A DNA stretch of 43,698 bases from Candidatus Giovannonibacteria bacterium RIFCSPLOWO2_02_FULL_43_54. GTDB taxonomy: Bacteria; Patescibacteriota; Minisyncoccia; UBA11713; 2-01-FULL-45-33. This document shows positions 8,902 through 17,950 of the stretch, in pieces (the stretch's first letter is position 1; the number at the start of each line of letters is the position of its first letter). The notes below the pieces were generated by a model. The model was given only the letters and a program-made list of their open reading frames with translations. It was not told where the DNA came from and ran no database searches. The position numbers were made by a program, and so were the translations under genes. The DNA is taken from NCBI GenBank assembly GCA_001778875.1, contig MFIK01000010.1, forward strand, positions 4,936 through 48,633, given 5' to 3'.

Positions 8902-10895
8902 TTCAAATCTTTTAACCAAATTTTTACCTCCGCGTCCGATGGCATGCGCCAGTCGCCTCGTGGTGAGAGGGAGACGGACCCGACCTTCGGCCCGTCCGGC
9001 ATTACGGATCTCTTCCACTGATTTTTGAAAAATCTTGTAATAAAAACTTTCAGCCATTTTTTGATTTCGGCTTCGGTAAATTTCGACTTGGAAGCTAAGC
9101 TTCCAAGCGGAAGCTTAGCTTCCTGAAATGCTAATTTTGCCAGAAAAAGGATTTTCGAAGTAGAAGAGCCCCACCTGACGAAATGATAAAGAAAAAAGTC
9201 GTGCAGGGCATAGGGCCCGACCAGCTTTTCGGTTTCTTGTATCTTTGTCTTTTTATCGCGAGCTTGTCGAACGGTCACAAGCTCAGGTGAAATGGGGGTC
9301 GCCAAAATATCTTTAAGAACTTTTTGGGCGCCCAAAAATTCTTTTTGCTCGGAAACCCAATTTACAAGGTATTTAACAAGGGTTTTAGGGATACTGGCGT
9401 TAACATTGTAGTGTGAAATATGGTCGCCGTTAAAAGTGCACCAGCCGAGCGCAATCTCCGAGAGGTCGCCGGTGCCCAATACTATCCCATGAAGCTGGTT
9501 CGATTTATTCATCAGGATCATTGTGCGGTATCTGGCTTGGGTATTTTGATAGGTTACATCTTCCGCGCCTTTGTGTTTCAATTCTGCAAGATGAACCGTT
9601 ACTCCTTTTAAGATGTTTATTTCTTCTAAGGTTATTCCAAGCGCTTCAGCGAGTTTTTTTGCGTTTGATTTCGTCCGCTTCGAGGTCCCGAACCCTGGCA
9701 TCGTGAAGGCATAAATATTTTTTTTCGATAATTTCAGCAATTCGCAGGTTTTTACGGCGACAAGCAGAGCAAGGGTCGAGTCCAGTCCTCCGGAGAGCCC
9801 GAGGATGATTTTATTCATGCGCGCGGACTCAAGCCGTTTAGCAAGTCCGGCGGTCTGGATCGAAAAGATTTCCTCGCTTCTTTTATCGAGCTCCAGGGTG
9901 TTTTGAGGGACGAAAGGATATGGGTCGATATGTCGGGATAAGGATGTCACACGTCCACTTGGACGTCCGACATCAAAGTTTGGTATTTCAATAAATCTAA
10001 AGTCCTTTTTTGGAGATTCGCGGATAGATTCTCCGAAGCTCGTTGTTTTAGCGCGGTCGTGGAGAAGGTGTTCAATATCAATATCGCCGTAAATTATTTC
10101 TCCGTCGCGCTCGAATCTTTTTGATTCTTTTATGATCGTCCCGTTTTCTGCTATTATCGCGTGCCCGCCGAAAACAAGATCGGTGGTCGATTCATTTACT
10201 CCGCAGCTTGAATGTATATAAGCCGAGATGATGCGCGCCGATTGCTGAATAACCAGGTCTTTTCTATAATCTGCTTTTCCGACCAATTCATTCGAGGCAG
10301 AAAGGTTCGCGATGATATTCGCGCCGTGGGGCGCCTGATAAGAGCTGGGAGGATTTGGCGTCCAAAGGTCTTCACAGATCTCAATGCCCAATACCGCTTC
10401 AGGAAAGCCGGAAAATCTGAATAAAATATCTGTGCTGATCGGAATATCATTTCCAAGCAGTTCCGATGAAAAAAACGTTGCGGTCAGGTCTCTGGCCGAT
10501 GCGAACCAGCGTTCTTCGTAAAATTCTTTATATCCGGGAATATAGGTTTTGGGGACGATTCCTAAAATTTTTCCTTTGCAGATTACTATGGCCGCGTTAA
10601 ATAATTTTCCTGATGTTTCGATCGGCGCTCCGACGATGATGAGAGATTTAATTTCCTCAGAGAAAGTCTTAATTTTATTAAGGCTTTCGGTCGATTTTTC
10701 CAGCAGTTTCCGCTGAAAAAAAAGATCGGCCGAGGTGTAGCCTGTGGTCGAAAGTTCTGGGAAGACAATTATTTTAGCGCCGTTTGTTTCCGCCTTTTTT
10801 GCAAATTCGATGATCTTTTCGGCGTTGTATTCCATGTCGGCCACTTTGAGAGGAGGGGATACGGCCGCTATTTTTATGTATCCGAAGTTTTCCAT
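8898..10895 (-). CDS. nadE: Glutamine-dependent NAD(+) synthetase
   Basis: Nitrilase-fold triad motifs FPEL, PKTYIP and EICEDLW, plus LGLSGGLDST, GTGDLSE and LSPRGDWRMPSD. Confidence 0.97.
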   Translation of the reverse strand: MENFGYIKIAAVSPPLKVADMEYNAEKIIEFAKKAETNGAKIIVFPELSTTGYTSADLFFQRKLLEKSTESLNKIKTFSEEIKSLIIVGAPIETSGKLFNAAIVICKGKILGIVPKTYIPGYKEFYEERWFASARDLTATFFSSELLGNDIPISTDILFRFSGFPEAVLGIEICEDLWTPNPPSSYQAPHGANIIANLSASNELVGKADYRKDLVIQQSARIISAYIHSSCGVNESTTDLVFGGHAIIAENGTIIKESKRFERDGEIIYGDIDIEHLLHDRAKTTSFGESIRESPKKDFRFIEIPNFDVGRPSGRVTSLSRHIDPYPFVPQNTLELDKRSEEIFSIQTAGLAKRLESARMNKIILGLSGGLDSTLALLVAVKTCELLKLSKKNIYAFTMPGFGTSKRTKSNAKKLAEALGITLEEINILKGVTVHLAELKHKGAEDVTYQNTQARYRTMILMNKSNQLHGIVLGTGDLSEIALGWCTFNGDHISHYNVNASIPKTLVKYLVNWVSEQKEFLGAQKVLKDILATPISPELVTVRQARDKKTKIQETEKLVGPYALHDFFLYHFVRWGSSTSKILFLAKLAFQEAKLPLGSLASKSKFTEAEIKKWLKVFITRFFKNQWKRSVMPDGPKVGSVSLSPRGDWRMPSDAEVKIWLKDLK

Positions 10896-10915
10896 TTTGG
10901 GGCTTGACTTTTTAA

Positions 10916-10934
10916 TAGTGTTTATTATACACTA
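10916..10934. promoter_or_regulatory. Candidate NrtR operator between divergent nadE and nadK
   Basis: Second TAGTGT-N7-ACACTA copy; overlaps the + strand promoter TTGACT (10904-10909), 18 bp, TACACT (10928-10933). Confidence 0.8.
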
Positions 10935-10944
10935 ACACTATCAT

Positions 10945-11781
10945 ATGTTAAAACGCGTGTCAATATATTTTCGTAACGACAATCCGCGGTCGGTACTCTG
11001 GGGCGGAAAGATAACAAAATGGATAAATGCAAATTATCCCAAAGTTTTGCTCTCCGCGAAAAAACCGCAAGTGGTCATAGCGGCTGGAGGTGACGGAACT
11101 TTGCTTGAAGCCGCGCAGAAATTCAAGAATCCAAACCCGGCCATATTCGGGCTAAATACCGGACATGTTGGATTTTTGGCGTCGGTAAGGGACGAAAAAG
11201 ATTTTTTTAAGGCACTGCGCAAATTATTTAAAGGCGAATACCGGGTTTCAAAAAAGATGATGATAAAAGCGGAAGTGTGGAGGCGGGGCAGAAAGATTTT
11301 GGATACGAACGCGCTAAACGAAATCTCGATTCAAAACCCGCTCGGAATGGTTGAGCTCGAGGTTGCAATTGACGGACATCCATTTCAATATATTCATGGA
11401 ACCGGAGTGATGGTGGCAACAGCCACGGGCTCTACTGCGTACAATCTTTCCGCGCACGGGCCAATCATTATGCCCGATATTAAGTGCATGGTACTTACCG
11501 AAATAATGGATCACAATATTCCGACGCCTTCAATTGTAATAAAGCGCGACAGGGAAGTGGAAATAAAAGTATTGGATTTCAGGAAAAGAGGACTGATAAA
11601 GATCGCAAAAACCGGCGTGCCGGCGGATGTTCTGATAACCGCGGATATCGGAGAAAGTCTTATGGCCTTGGAAAAAGGCGACGTGATAAAAATAAAGCGC
11701 ACGCCATTGCTCGTTAAATTCGCAGAGCTTGAGCGCGGATACTTCTTCAAATCCCTCCAAGAAAAATTCGGGTTTAGGTAA
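10945..11781 (+). CDS. nadK: NAD(+) kinase
   Basis: GGDGT, GLNTGHVGFL, ALNE and ATATGSTAYNLSAHGP motifs. Confidence 0.95.
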   Translation: MLKRVSIYFRNDNPRSVLWGGKITKWINANYPKVLLSAKKPQVVIAAGGDGTLLEAAQKFKNPNPAIFGLNTGHVGFLASVRDEKDFFKALRKLFKGEYRVSKKMMIKAEVWRRGRKILDTNALNEISIQNPLGMVELEVAIDGHPFQYIHGTGVMVATATGSTAYNLSAHGPIIMPDIKCMVLTEIMDHNIPTPSIVIKRDREVEIKVLDFRKRGLIKIAKTGVPADVLITADIGESLMALEKGDVIKIKRTPLLVKFAELERGYFFKSLQEKFGFR

Positions 11782-11823
11782 TCTGAATAACATTCCAACA
11801 TTCTTTTGATATATAGCCGCAAT

Positions 11824-13644
11824 TTACTTAATCTTAAAAATTAAAATCGACATTCCGCCACGGACAACAGGGGCTTTTCCTTTGAGCCATGAATAAGTGT
11901 CTTCCGGCTTTATGGCAATGTTGCCGACGGGTCGCGCCTGATTTCCCATCAGAGAATTTACCGAAACCGCAAAATAGGACCCAATTGGAGGCGGACCTTT
12001 TGCTGACCACCATGACTCATATTTATCTCCCAGATAATATTTAGGGTCTCCTCCTCCAAAATAATCCAGATAGATCTTATCTATATTTAATTCTTCTATC
12101 CGCGTTACCAACCTTTTTAAATCCTGCCCCCAGTCATAATTTGAATCCGTAGCCGCCATATAGCCGTCATTCGTTCCCTTACCTAAAATATTGTAATATG
12201 ACAGAAAATATGGATACGCTATTATAATATTTAGCGCCATAAATAGAATTATCATGGAAAAAATAAAATATTTCGGAGCCGGCTTTATATAATTTTCGTA
12301 AAAAAATCTTACCCATTCCCAAAATGATGCCGGTTCGTCGAAAGAAAGCCGGCGGAGCCAAATTATTATTTCGCGGGATACTAAAAGATAAGTGAACGGA
12401 AAAACAGGAAGGATGTGTCTTACGCCGATATTGAGAGGATTTAGTATTGAGGAGATCCAATAGACCGCGATAAAAACAATGCCGGCAAAAAGCGAAAAAT
12501 TATCCGCGATCCATTCCTGAACAGCTTCTTTCGAGCGCTCGCCTTGTTTTATCCGAAAAACCGCCAATATCAGCGCCGCAAGCAGCATCAAATGGAAAAG
12601 CAGCTGCTCTTTTAGTAAATACAATGTGGGGAAATAATACCACCAGCCGTCGGATGATAATTCGCCCATAAAATATGCGGCGTTGCCTCCGGCAGCGCGC
12701 CGCGCGACCATCAAAAATCCGAAGAAATATTGGCCCAAGGGACGCGTAATTTTATGTTCAACAAGCCAAAGGTCTATTTTGGGCAACGCTTCAACTTTAT
12801 ACCCGCTTAAAATATATTTAACATCCGCGACATTCTGCTCCTGCGGATAGTTCCAAATATGGAACGCGTATACGACCCAGATGACGGCAATTGCGATAAA
12901 ACCGGCGATTAAAAGCCGAAACAAGGCCTCTGCAGCAGATTGTTCTTGAAGAATCTCTGCCTTCGGCCTTTTCTTAATCCAGCACCAGAGCAAAAACAAA
13001 ATTCCGTAAACTGGCAAAAGAAGAACAAGCGAGAATTTGAACATCAAAACTATCCCCAAAACGATTCCGAGCAAAATTGTTCTCCGCCAATCTGGACGCT
13101 CTAAAAATTTAAGAAAAAATATTATACCCAAAAAGAATCCGAAAGCCGCCCCGAGGTCTGTTGTCACAAAACGCGCATGAGCGAGTACGGTTGGTGAGGT
13201 AACGAAAAGAAATAAAGTTAAAAGGCCTACGCGCGTACCATATTGCTTTTCAGCCCACAAAAATAAGAGCCATCCGAAAAGGATCGCCAAAAGCATGATT
13301 GTGAGGCGCGAAGCAAAAAGTATTTTATCGGGGTCGTTATCGAATTCATATAAAAGCGCGTGCCCGGCCATCCATTGGCGGTCATTAACATTTTCGATAT
13401 TCCAGAAATCCGGACGCAGGTCAAAGTTTAAATTTTGAAATAAAAGCGGGAAGGCGGCCAAATCTTTAAGAAGCGGAGGGTGCTCGGGGTTTATTCGTGA
13501 ATCCTGATATTTCAAATAAGTGTATCCTGCGGGAATATGCGCCACCTCATCGAACGTCGCCGAATCATTCCATGAAGACCCTATCATAAGCGCCAGCATG
13601 CCCCCCAACATCAATCCAGCCAAAATTTTTGAGAATCTATGCAC
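11824..13644 (-). CDS. Multi-pass membrane glycosyltransferase (GT-C; PMT_2/ArnT-like)
   Basis: Many transmembrane segments; TFDEVAHIPAG, NPEHPPL, FVTTD, GVRHILP and DSNYDWGQDL motifs. Confidence 0.8.
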   Translation of the reverse strand: MHRFSKILAGLMLGGMLALMIGSSWNDSATFDEVAHIPAGYTYLKYQDSRINPEHPPLLKDLAAFPLLFQNLNFDLRPDFWNIENVNDRQWMAGHALLYEFDNDPDKILFASRLTIMLLAILFGWLLFLWAEKQYGTRVGLLTLFLFVTSPTVLAHARFVTTDLGAAFGFFLGIIFFLKFLERPDWRRTILLGIVLGIVLMFKFSLVLLLPVYGILFLLWCWIKKRPKAEILQEQSAAEALFRLLIAGFIAIAVIWVVYAFHIWNYPQEQNVADVKYILSGYKVEALPKIDLWLVEHKITRPLGQYFFGFLMVARRAAGGNAAYFMGELSSDGWWYYFPTLYLLKEQLLFHLMLLAALILAVFRIKQGERSKEAVQEWIADNFSLFAGIVFIAVYWISSILNPLNIGVRHILPVFPFTYLLVSREIIIWLRRLSFDEPASFWEWVRFFYENYIKPAPKYFIFSMIILFMALNIIIAYPYFLSYYNILGKGTNDGYMAATDSNYDWGQDLKRLVTRIEELNIDKIYLDYFGGGDPKYYLGDKYESWWSAKGPPPIGSYFAVSVNSLMGNQARPVGNIAIKPEDTYSWLKGKAPVVRGGMSILIFKIK

Positions 13645-13681
13645 TATTTCATTTTAAGCCAATTAGTTTTAAAATACGAGG

Positions 13682-14770
13682 ATGCTAATAACCTTACTGA
13701 TATTTTTCGTAATACTTTTGGTTCTTGTGCTTTCGCACGAAGCGGGGCATTTTTTTTCGGCGCGCGCTTTCGGAATAAATGTCGAGGAATTCGGCTTTGG
13801 GTTGCCTCCGCGAATGTTCGGCATAAAAAGCAAAAAGGGGATTCTCTATTCTTTTAATTGGCTGCCTTTCGGGGGATTCGTAAAGATAACCGGAGAAGAA
13901 GGCGGCGAAACGTCTGATCCGACAAATTTCAGCGCGAAGCCCGCATGGATTCGCGCCACAGTGCTTGCGAGCGGTATTGCCATGAATCTGCTGCTTGCAT
14001 ATATTGTTTTTTCAATAATAACAGGCCTCGGAACCTACGAAGCAATAGACGATAAAGACGCCGCAACATATCCCGATGCAAAAGTTACAATAATACAAGT
14101 TTTGCAAAATTCTCCCGCAAGCGAGGCAGCTTTGATGGAAGGTGACCAGATATTGAATGTGGTAAGCGAAGCAAATTCGCTTACGCCGAAAAATATTGAG
14201 GAGGTCCAAAAATTCATTGCTAATCATAAAGGCAAGGAGCTTTTGCTTATGATAAAAAGAAATGGAAACGAATTTACAAAAATCATAACACCACGCAAAA
14301 ACCCTCCTGAAGGGGAGGGTCCCATGGGCGTTGCTTTGGCATTGCTTCATATTAAAAAAGCCCAGTGGTATTTAACGCCTATTGAGGGCGCGAAACTCAC
14401 CTGGTCGGCAACTGCCGCCACAGCGGAGGGTTTTTGGGGCCTCATCAAATCTGCTTTTGAAAAAGAGGATAGAAAAGATCTTCAAATCGCCGGGCCTGTA
14501 GGAATTTTCAACCTTACTGCTTCCGCCCGGAGCATGGGTATTACAACCTTGCTTACTTTTTTAGCATTGCTTTCAATTAATCTCGCAATAATAAATATTT
14601 TGCCTATTCCGGGCCTCGACGGAGGGAGGCTGTTTTTTGTCATTATTGAGGCAATCCGCGGCAAACGGATATCAATGCAGGCCTCTTCCTGGATACACGG
14701 CGTCGGCCTCGCCATCCTAATCATCCTCATGCTCGCCATCACCTTCCACGATCTCTCAAAGATTTTTTAA
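13682..14770 (+). CDS. rseP: RseP-like site-2 protease (M50) with PDZ domain
   Basis: HEAGH, LPFGGFV and NILPIPGLDGG motifs, plus a PDZ segment. Confidence 0.92.
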   Translation: MLITLLIFFVILLVLVLSHEAGHFFSARAFGINVEEFGFGLPPRMFGIKSKKGILYSFNWLPFGGFVKITGEEGGETSDPTNFSAKPAWIRATVLASGIAMNLLLAYIVFSIITGLGTYEAIDDKDAATYPDAKVTIIQVLQNSPASEAALMEGDQILNVVSEANSLTPKNIEEVQKFIANHKGKELLLMIKRNGNEFTKIITPRKNPPEGEGPMGVALALLHIKKAQWYLTPIEGAKLTWSATAATAEGFWGLIKSAFEKEDRKDLQIAGPVGIFNLTASARSMGITTLLTFLALLSINLAIINILPIPGLDGGRLFFVIIEAIRGKRISMQASSWIHGVGLAILIILMLAITFHDLSKIF

Positions 14771-14793
14771 ATCCCCTTCCATTCCACCATCTC

Positions 14794-15550
14794 TTTGGTC
14801 AACGTGGCAGGTTGACCATTTTGCGCCGACATATATAATAGAGTCTATGAACAAACAAACTTTTTTCGAAGGAGAGCAGCCATTATTTCACATATTTAAC
14901 AGGGGTGTTGAAAAAAGAGAGATTTTTTTAGACGACAACGACAGAAATAGATTTTTATTTTTACTTTGCGTCCTTCAAGGCGATATTTTTTTCAACCACT
15001 CGTCGAGACTGGCTAAGGAGTTTGGTCAACGTGGCAGGTTAGCCATAGAGGAAATTATCGGAGATATTATAGACGCTAAAGTTGTTGAGCTTGTAGGTTT
15101 TGTTCTTATGCCAAATCATTTTCATTTGATTGTTCAGGAATTGAAAGAAGGAGGTGTTACTAAATTTATGAGCCGGCTGTCTAATAGTTATACAAAGTAT
15201 TTCAATATCAAAAATGACCGTAAAGGTTATTTGTTTGGTAGCAGTTTTCATAAAAAATTGATTGATACAAATGAATACCTTTTGCATCTATCGGCATATA
15301 TTCATCGCAACCCCCGCGAAATAAAGAAATGGAACAATAAGGAGAGTGATTATCCTTGGTCCAGTTATCAAGATTATATTGGCGAAAACAGATGGGGCAG
15401 CCTGTTGAATCCGGAAATAATTTTAGATCAATTCTCCAACAAAAAAGAATATTTAGAATTTACCAGATCCAGTAGTGCAAAATTAAAAGAATTCGAATTG
15501 GCATTGGAATTTGACTAAAGTTAAATGATCAACCTGGCAGGTTGACCAAA
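14794..15550. repeat. Three REP-like palindromes associated with the RAYT gene
   Basis: TGGTCAAC-GTGGCAG-GTTGACCA at 14796-14818; variant inside the CDS at 15023-15045; variant at 15526-15548, with TTTGGTCAAC on the minus strand. Confidence 0.85.
14847..15518 (+). mobile_element. REP-associated tyrosine (HUH/Y1) transposase, RAYT-like
   Basis: HIFNRG, VLMPNHFHL (HUH), YTKYFN, YIHRNP and YPWSSY motifs; flanked by REP palindromes. Confidence 0.9.
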
Positions 15551-15639
15551 GTACGCTTATTATAAGCTTCCACTTTTAGCAATCTGTCAAGTTTTTAACG
15601 AAATTTGCCTTAAATGCTTTCTCCCGCTAAGATTTGAAT

Positions 15640-16887
15640 ATGTTGCAATCTAAACTATTCACAAAAATGGAAAAAACTCCTCCGCGCGACGAGGAGAGCC
15701 TGAACGCAAAGCTTTTGGTGCAGGCCGGATTTGTGCAAAAGCTTATGGCGGGAGTTTATACTTTTTTGCCGTTGGGTCTCCGCGTTTTAAATAAAATAGA
15801 AAATATCGTCCGCGAGGAAATGAATAACGCCGGCGCCATTGAAATGCTGATGCCCGGACTTCAGCCGAAAGAAAATTGGGAGGCGACGAAAAGATGGGAC
15901 ACTTTCGATGCGCTTTTAAAAACAAAGAGTAAGTTCGGCGGAGAGTATGCCATGGGACCGACACACGAAGAAGTTGTTTACCCGCTTCTAAAAAAACATC
16001 TGGCTTCTTACAGAGACTTTCCGGTTGCCGTTTATCAGATACAGACAAAATTTCGCGACGAAAAACGCGCGAAGTCGGGATTATTGCGGGGCAGGGAATT
16101 CCGGATGAAAGACTGCTACAGCTACCATGCGAGCGATGAAGAACGCGACAAATATTATGACGTGATGAAAAATTCTTACATGAATATTTTCAAGCGCCTT
16201 GAACTTAATGCCGTTCCCACGAACGCCGGTGGAGGAACTTTTTCCGAACTATCAATGGAGTTCCAGGTGCTTTGTGCCGCAGGAGAGGATGTGATTTACT
16301 TATGCGAAAACTGTAATGTCGCGGTAAATAAAGAATTGTCAGGCGATTTAGCGGCAAAATGCCCAAAATGCAAAGATCTTACGAATGAAAAAAAATCGAT
16401 AGAGGTCGGCAATATTTTTCCGCTTAAGGAAACATTCGCGAAAAATTTCAACCTTGTTTTTAAAGATAATACTGGCAAAGAAAAGCTTGTTTCAGCCGGG
16501 TGCTACGGTTTGGGAACCTCGCGCGTAATGGGCGCTATAGCCGAGGTAAAAAATGATGATTTTGGCCTAATTTGGCCTAAAAGCGTCGCCCCTTACGATA
16601 TCCACTTGGTCTATTTGAAAAGCAATGATAGGAATGTAATGGCGGAAGCTGAAAAGTTCTACCGTAAATGCCTTGAGGCCGACGCTGGAATCTTGTTTGA
16701 TGATCGCGACGATGTTTCCGCCGGGTCGAAATTTGCCGAAAGCGATCTTATCGGGATTCCGTTGCGGGTGGTCATAAGCGATCGGACGCTGGAAAAAGAG
16801 TCCGCTGAAATAAAAAAACGAAACGAAAAAAACGCCGGTTTAGTGAAGCTCGACGATTTGGATTCGTATATTAGTAAAGATTCGTAA
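15640..16887 (+). CDS. proS: Proline--tRNA ligase, short form without the editing insertion domain
   Basis: GPTHEE, QIQTKFRDEKR, GLLRGREFRMKD, EVGNIF and GCYGLG motifs; anticodon-binding domain present. Confidence 0.95.
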   Translation: MLQSKLFTKMEKTPPRDEESLNAKLLVQAGFVQKLMAGVYTFLPLGLRVLNKIENIVREEMNNAGAIEMLMPGLQPKENWEATKRWDTFDALLKTKSKFGGEYAMGPTHEEVVYPLLKKHLASYRDFPVAVYQIQTKFRDEKRAKSGLLRGREFRMKDCYSYHASDEERDKYYDVMKNSYMNIFKRLELNAVPTNAGGGTFSELSMEFQVLCAAGEDVIYLCENCNVAVNKELSGDLAAKCPKCKDLTNEKKSIEVGNIFPLKETFAKNFNLVFKDNTGKEKLVSAGCYGLGTSRVMGAIAEVKNDDFGLIWPKSVAPYDIHLVYLKSNDRNVMAEAEKFYRKCLEADAGILFDDRDDVSAGSKFAESDLIGIPLRVVISDRTLEKESAEIKKRNEKNAGLVKLDDLDSYISKDS

Positions 16888-16897
16888 TTCGTAGTTT

Positions 16898-17950
16898 ATG
16901 TTTAATAAAATTTTCGGCGCATTCTCCAAAGATCTTGGCATAGACTTGGGGACCGCGAATACGCTTGTCTATATCAGGGGCGAAGGGATCGTTATCAACG
17001 AGCCTTCCGTCGTCGCGTTAAATAAAAAAACAGAGCAGGTTGTGGCTATCGGAACTGAAGCAAAAAAAATGGTCGGGCGCACTCCCGGCCATATCATTGC
17101 CGTGCGCCCTTTGGTAGACGGCGTAATTTCCGACTTCGAAGTTACGGCGGAAATGCTCACTTATTTTATAAAAAAAGTCCACAGCGCCGGAGCCCAGCTT
17201 TTCGCAAGACCGCGGATAGTGATCGGAATACCTTCAGGGATTACGGAAGTTGAAAGGCGCGCAGTGCGAGACGCGGCCAAGAGCGCCGGAGCCCGCGAAG
17301 TTTATCTGGTTGAAGAGCCAATGGCCGCGGCGATAGGAGTAAGATTGCCGATCCAGGAAGCTGTCGGAAGCATGGTCATAGATCTTGGCGGAGGCACGAC
17401 GGATATTGCGGTGATCTCATTGGGAGGAGTTGTCGTTGCAAAAAACCTCCGGGTGGCCGGAGACAAATTTAACGAAGATATAGCCGCGTATGCCAGAGAT
17501 GAATTTAAACTTGTGATTGGAGAACGGACCGCGGAAGATGTTAAAATTGCCATCGGTTCTGTATGGAAAACGAACGAAACGCTCGAAGGGACGCTACGCG
17601 GACGCGATCTCGTCACCGGACTTCCGAGAGAAGTTATTGTCACAGACACGGACGTGAGAGCCGCGCTCGCAAAATCAGTCAAAACAATAACCGAAGCCGT
17701 TAAGGCGGCGATAGAAGAAACTCCGCCGGAGCTCGTAAGCGACATAATGCATAGGGGCATTTTAATGGTTGGCGGAGGAAGCATGATAAGGGGGCTGGAT
17801 AAGCTGATCGAACGCGAGACAAAAATGCCGGTCTACATGGCCGAAGATCCGCTGACCGCCGTAGTGCGCGGAACAGGAATAATTCTAGAAGAGCTGGACA
17901 GCTTAAGAGATGTTCTGATCGAAGACGACTATGACATTCCTCCAACATAA
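16898..17950 (+). CDS. mreB: Rod shape-determining protein MreB
   Basis: GIDLGTANT, EPSVVA, EEPMAAAIG and DLGGGTTD motifs. Confidence 0.97.
   Translation: MFNKIFGAFSKDLGIDLGTANTLVYIRGEGIVINEPSVVALNKKTEQVVAIGTEAKKMVGRTPGHIIAVRPLVDGVISDFEVTAEMLTYFIKKVHSAGAQLFARPRIVIGIPSGITEVERRAVRDAAKSAGAREVYLVEEPMAAAIGVRLPIQEAVGSMVIDLGGGTTDIAVISLGGVVVAKNLRVAGDKFNEDIAAYARDEFKLVIGERTAEDVKIAIGSVWKTNETLEGTLRGRDLVTGLPREVIVTDTDVRAALAKSVKTITEAVKAAIEETPPELVSDIMHRGILMVGGGSMIRGLDKLIERETKMPVYMAEDPLTAVVRGTGIILEELDSLRDVLIEDDYDIPPT

Noticed and set aside
8902-9057. N-terminal extensions of nrtR (and similarly nadD 4609-4680 and rsmH 23361-23438)
   Set aside because: They overlap neighbouring genes; downstream ATGs give conventional starts, with ATGA/TGATG coupling for nrtR and rsmH.
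15640-16887. proS as a truncated pseudogene
   Set aside because: All catalytic motifs and the anticodon domain are intact; ProRS without the editing domain is a known form.
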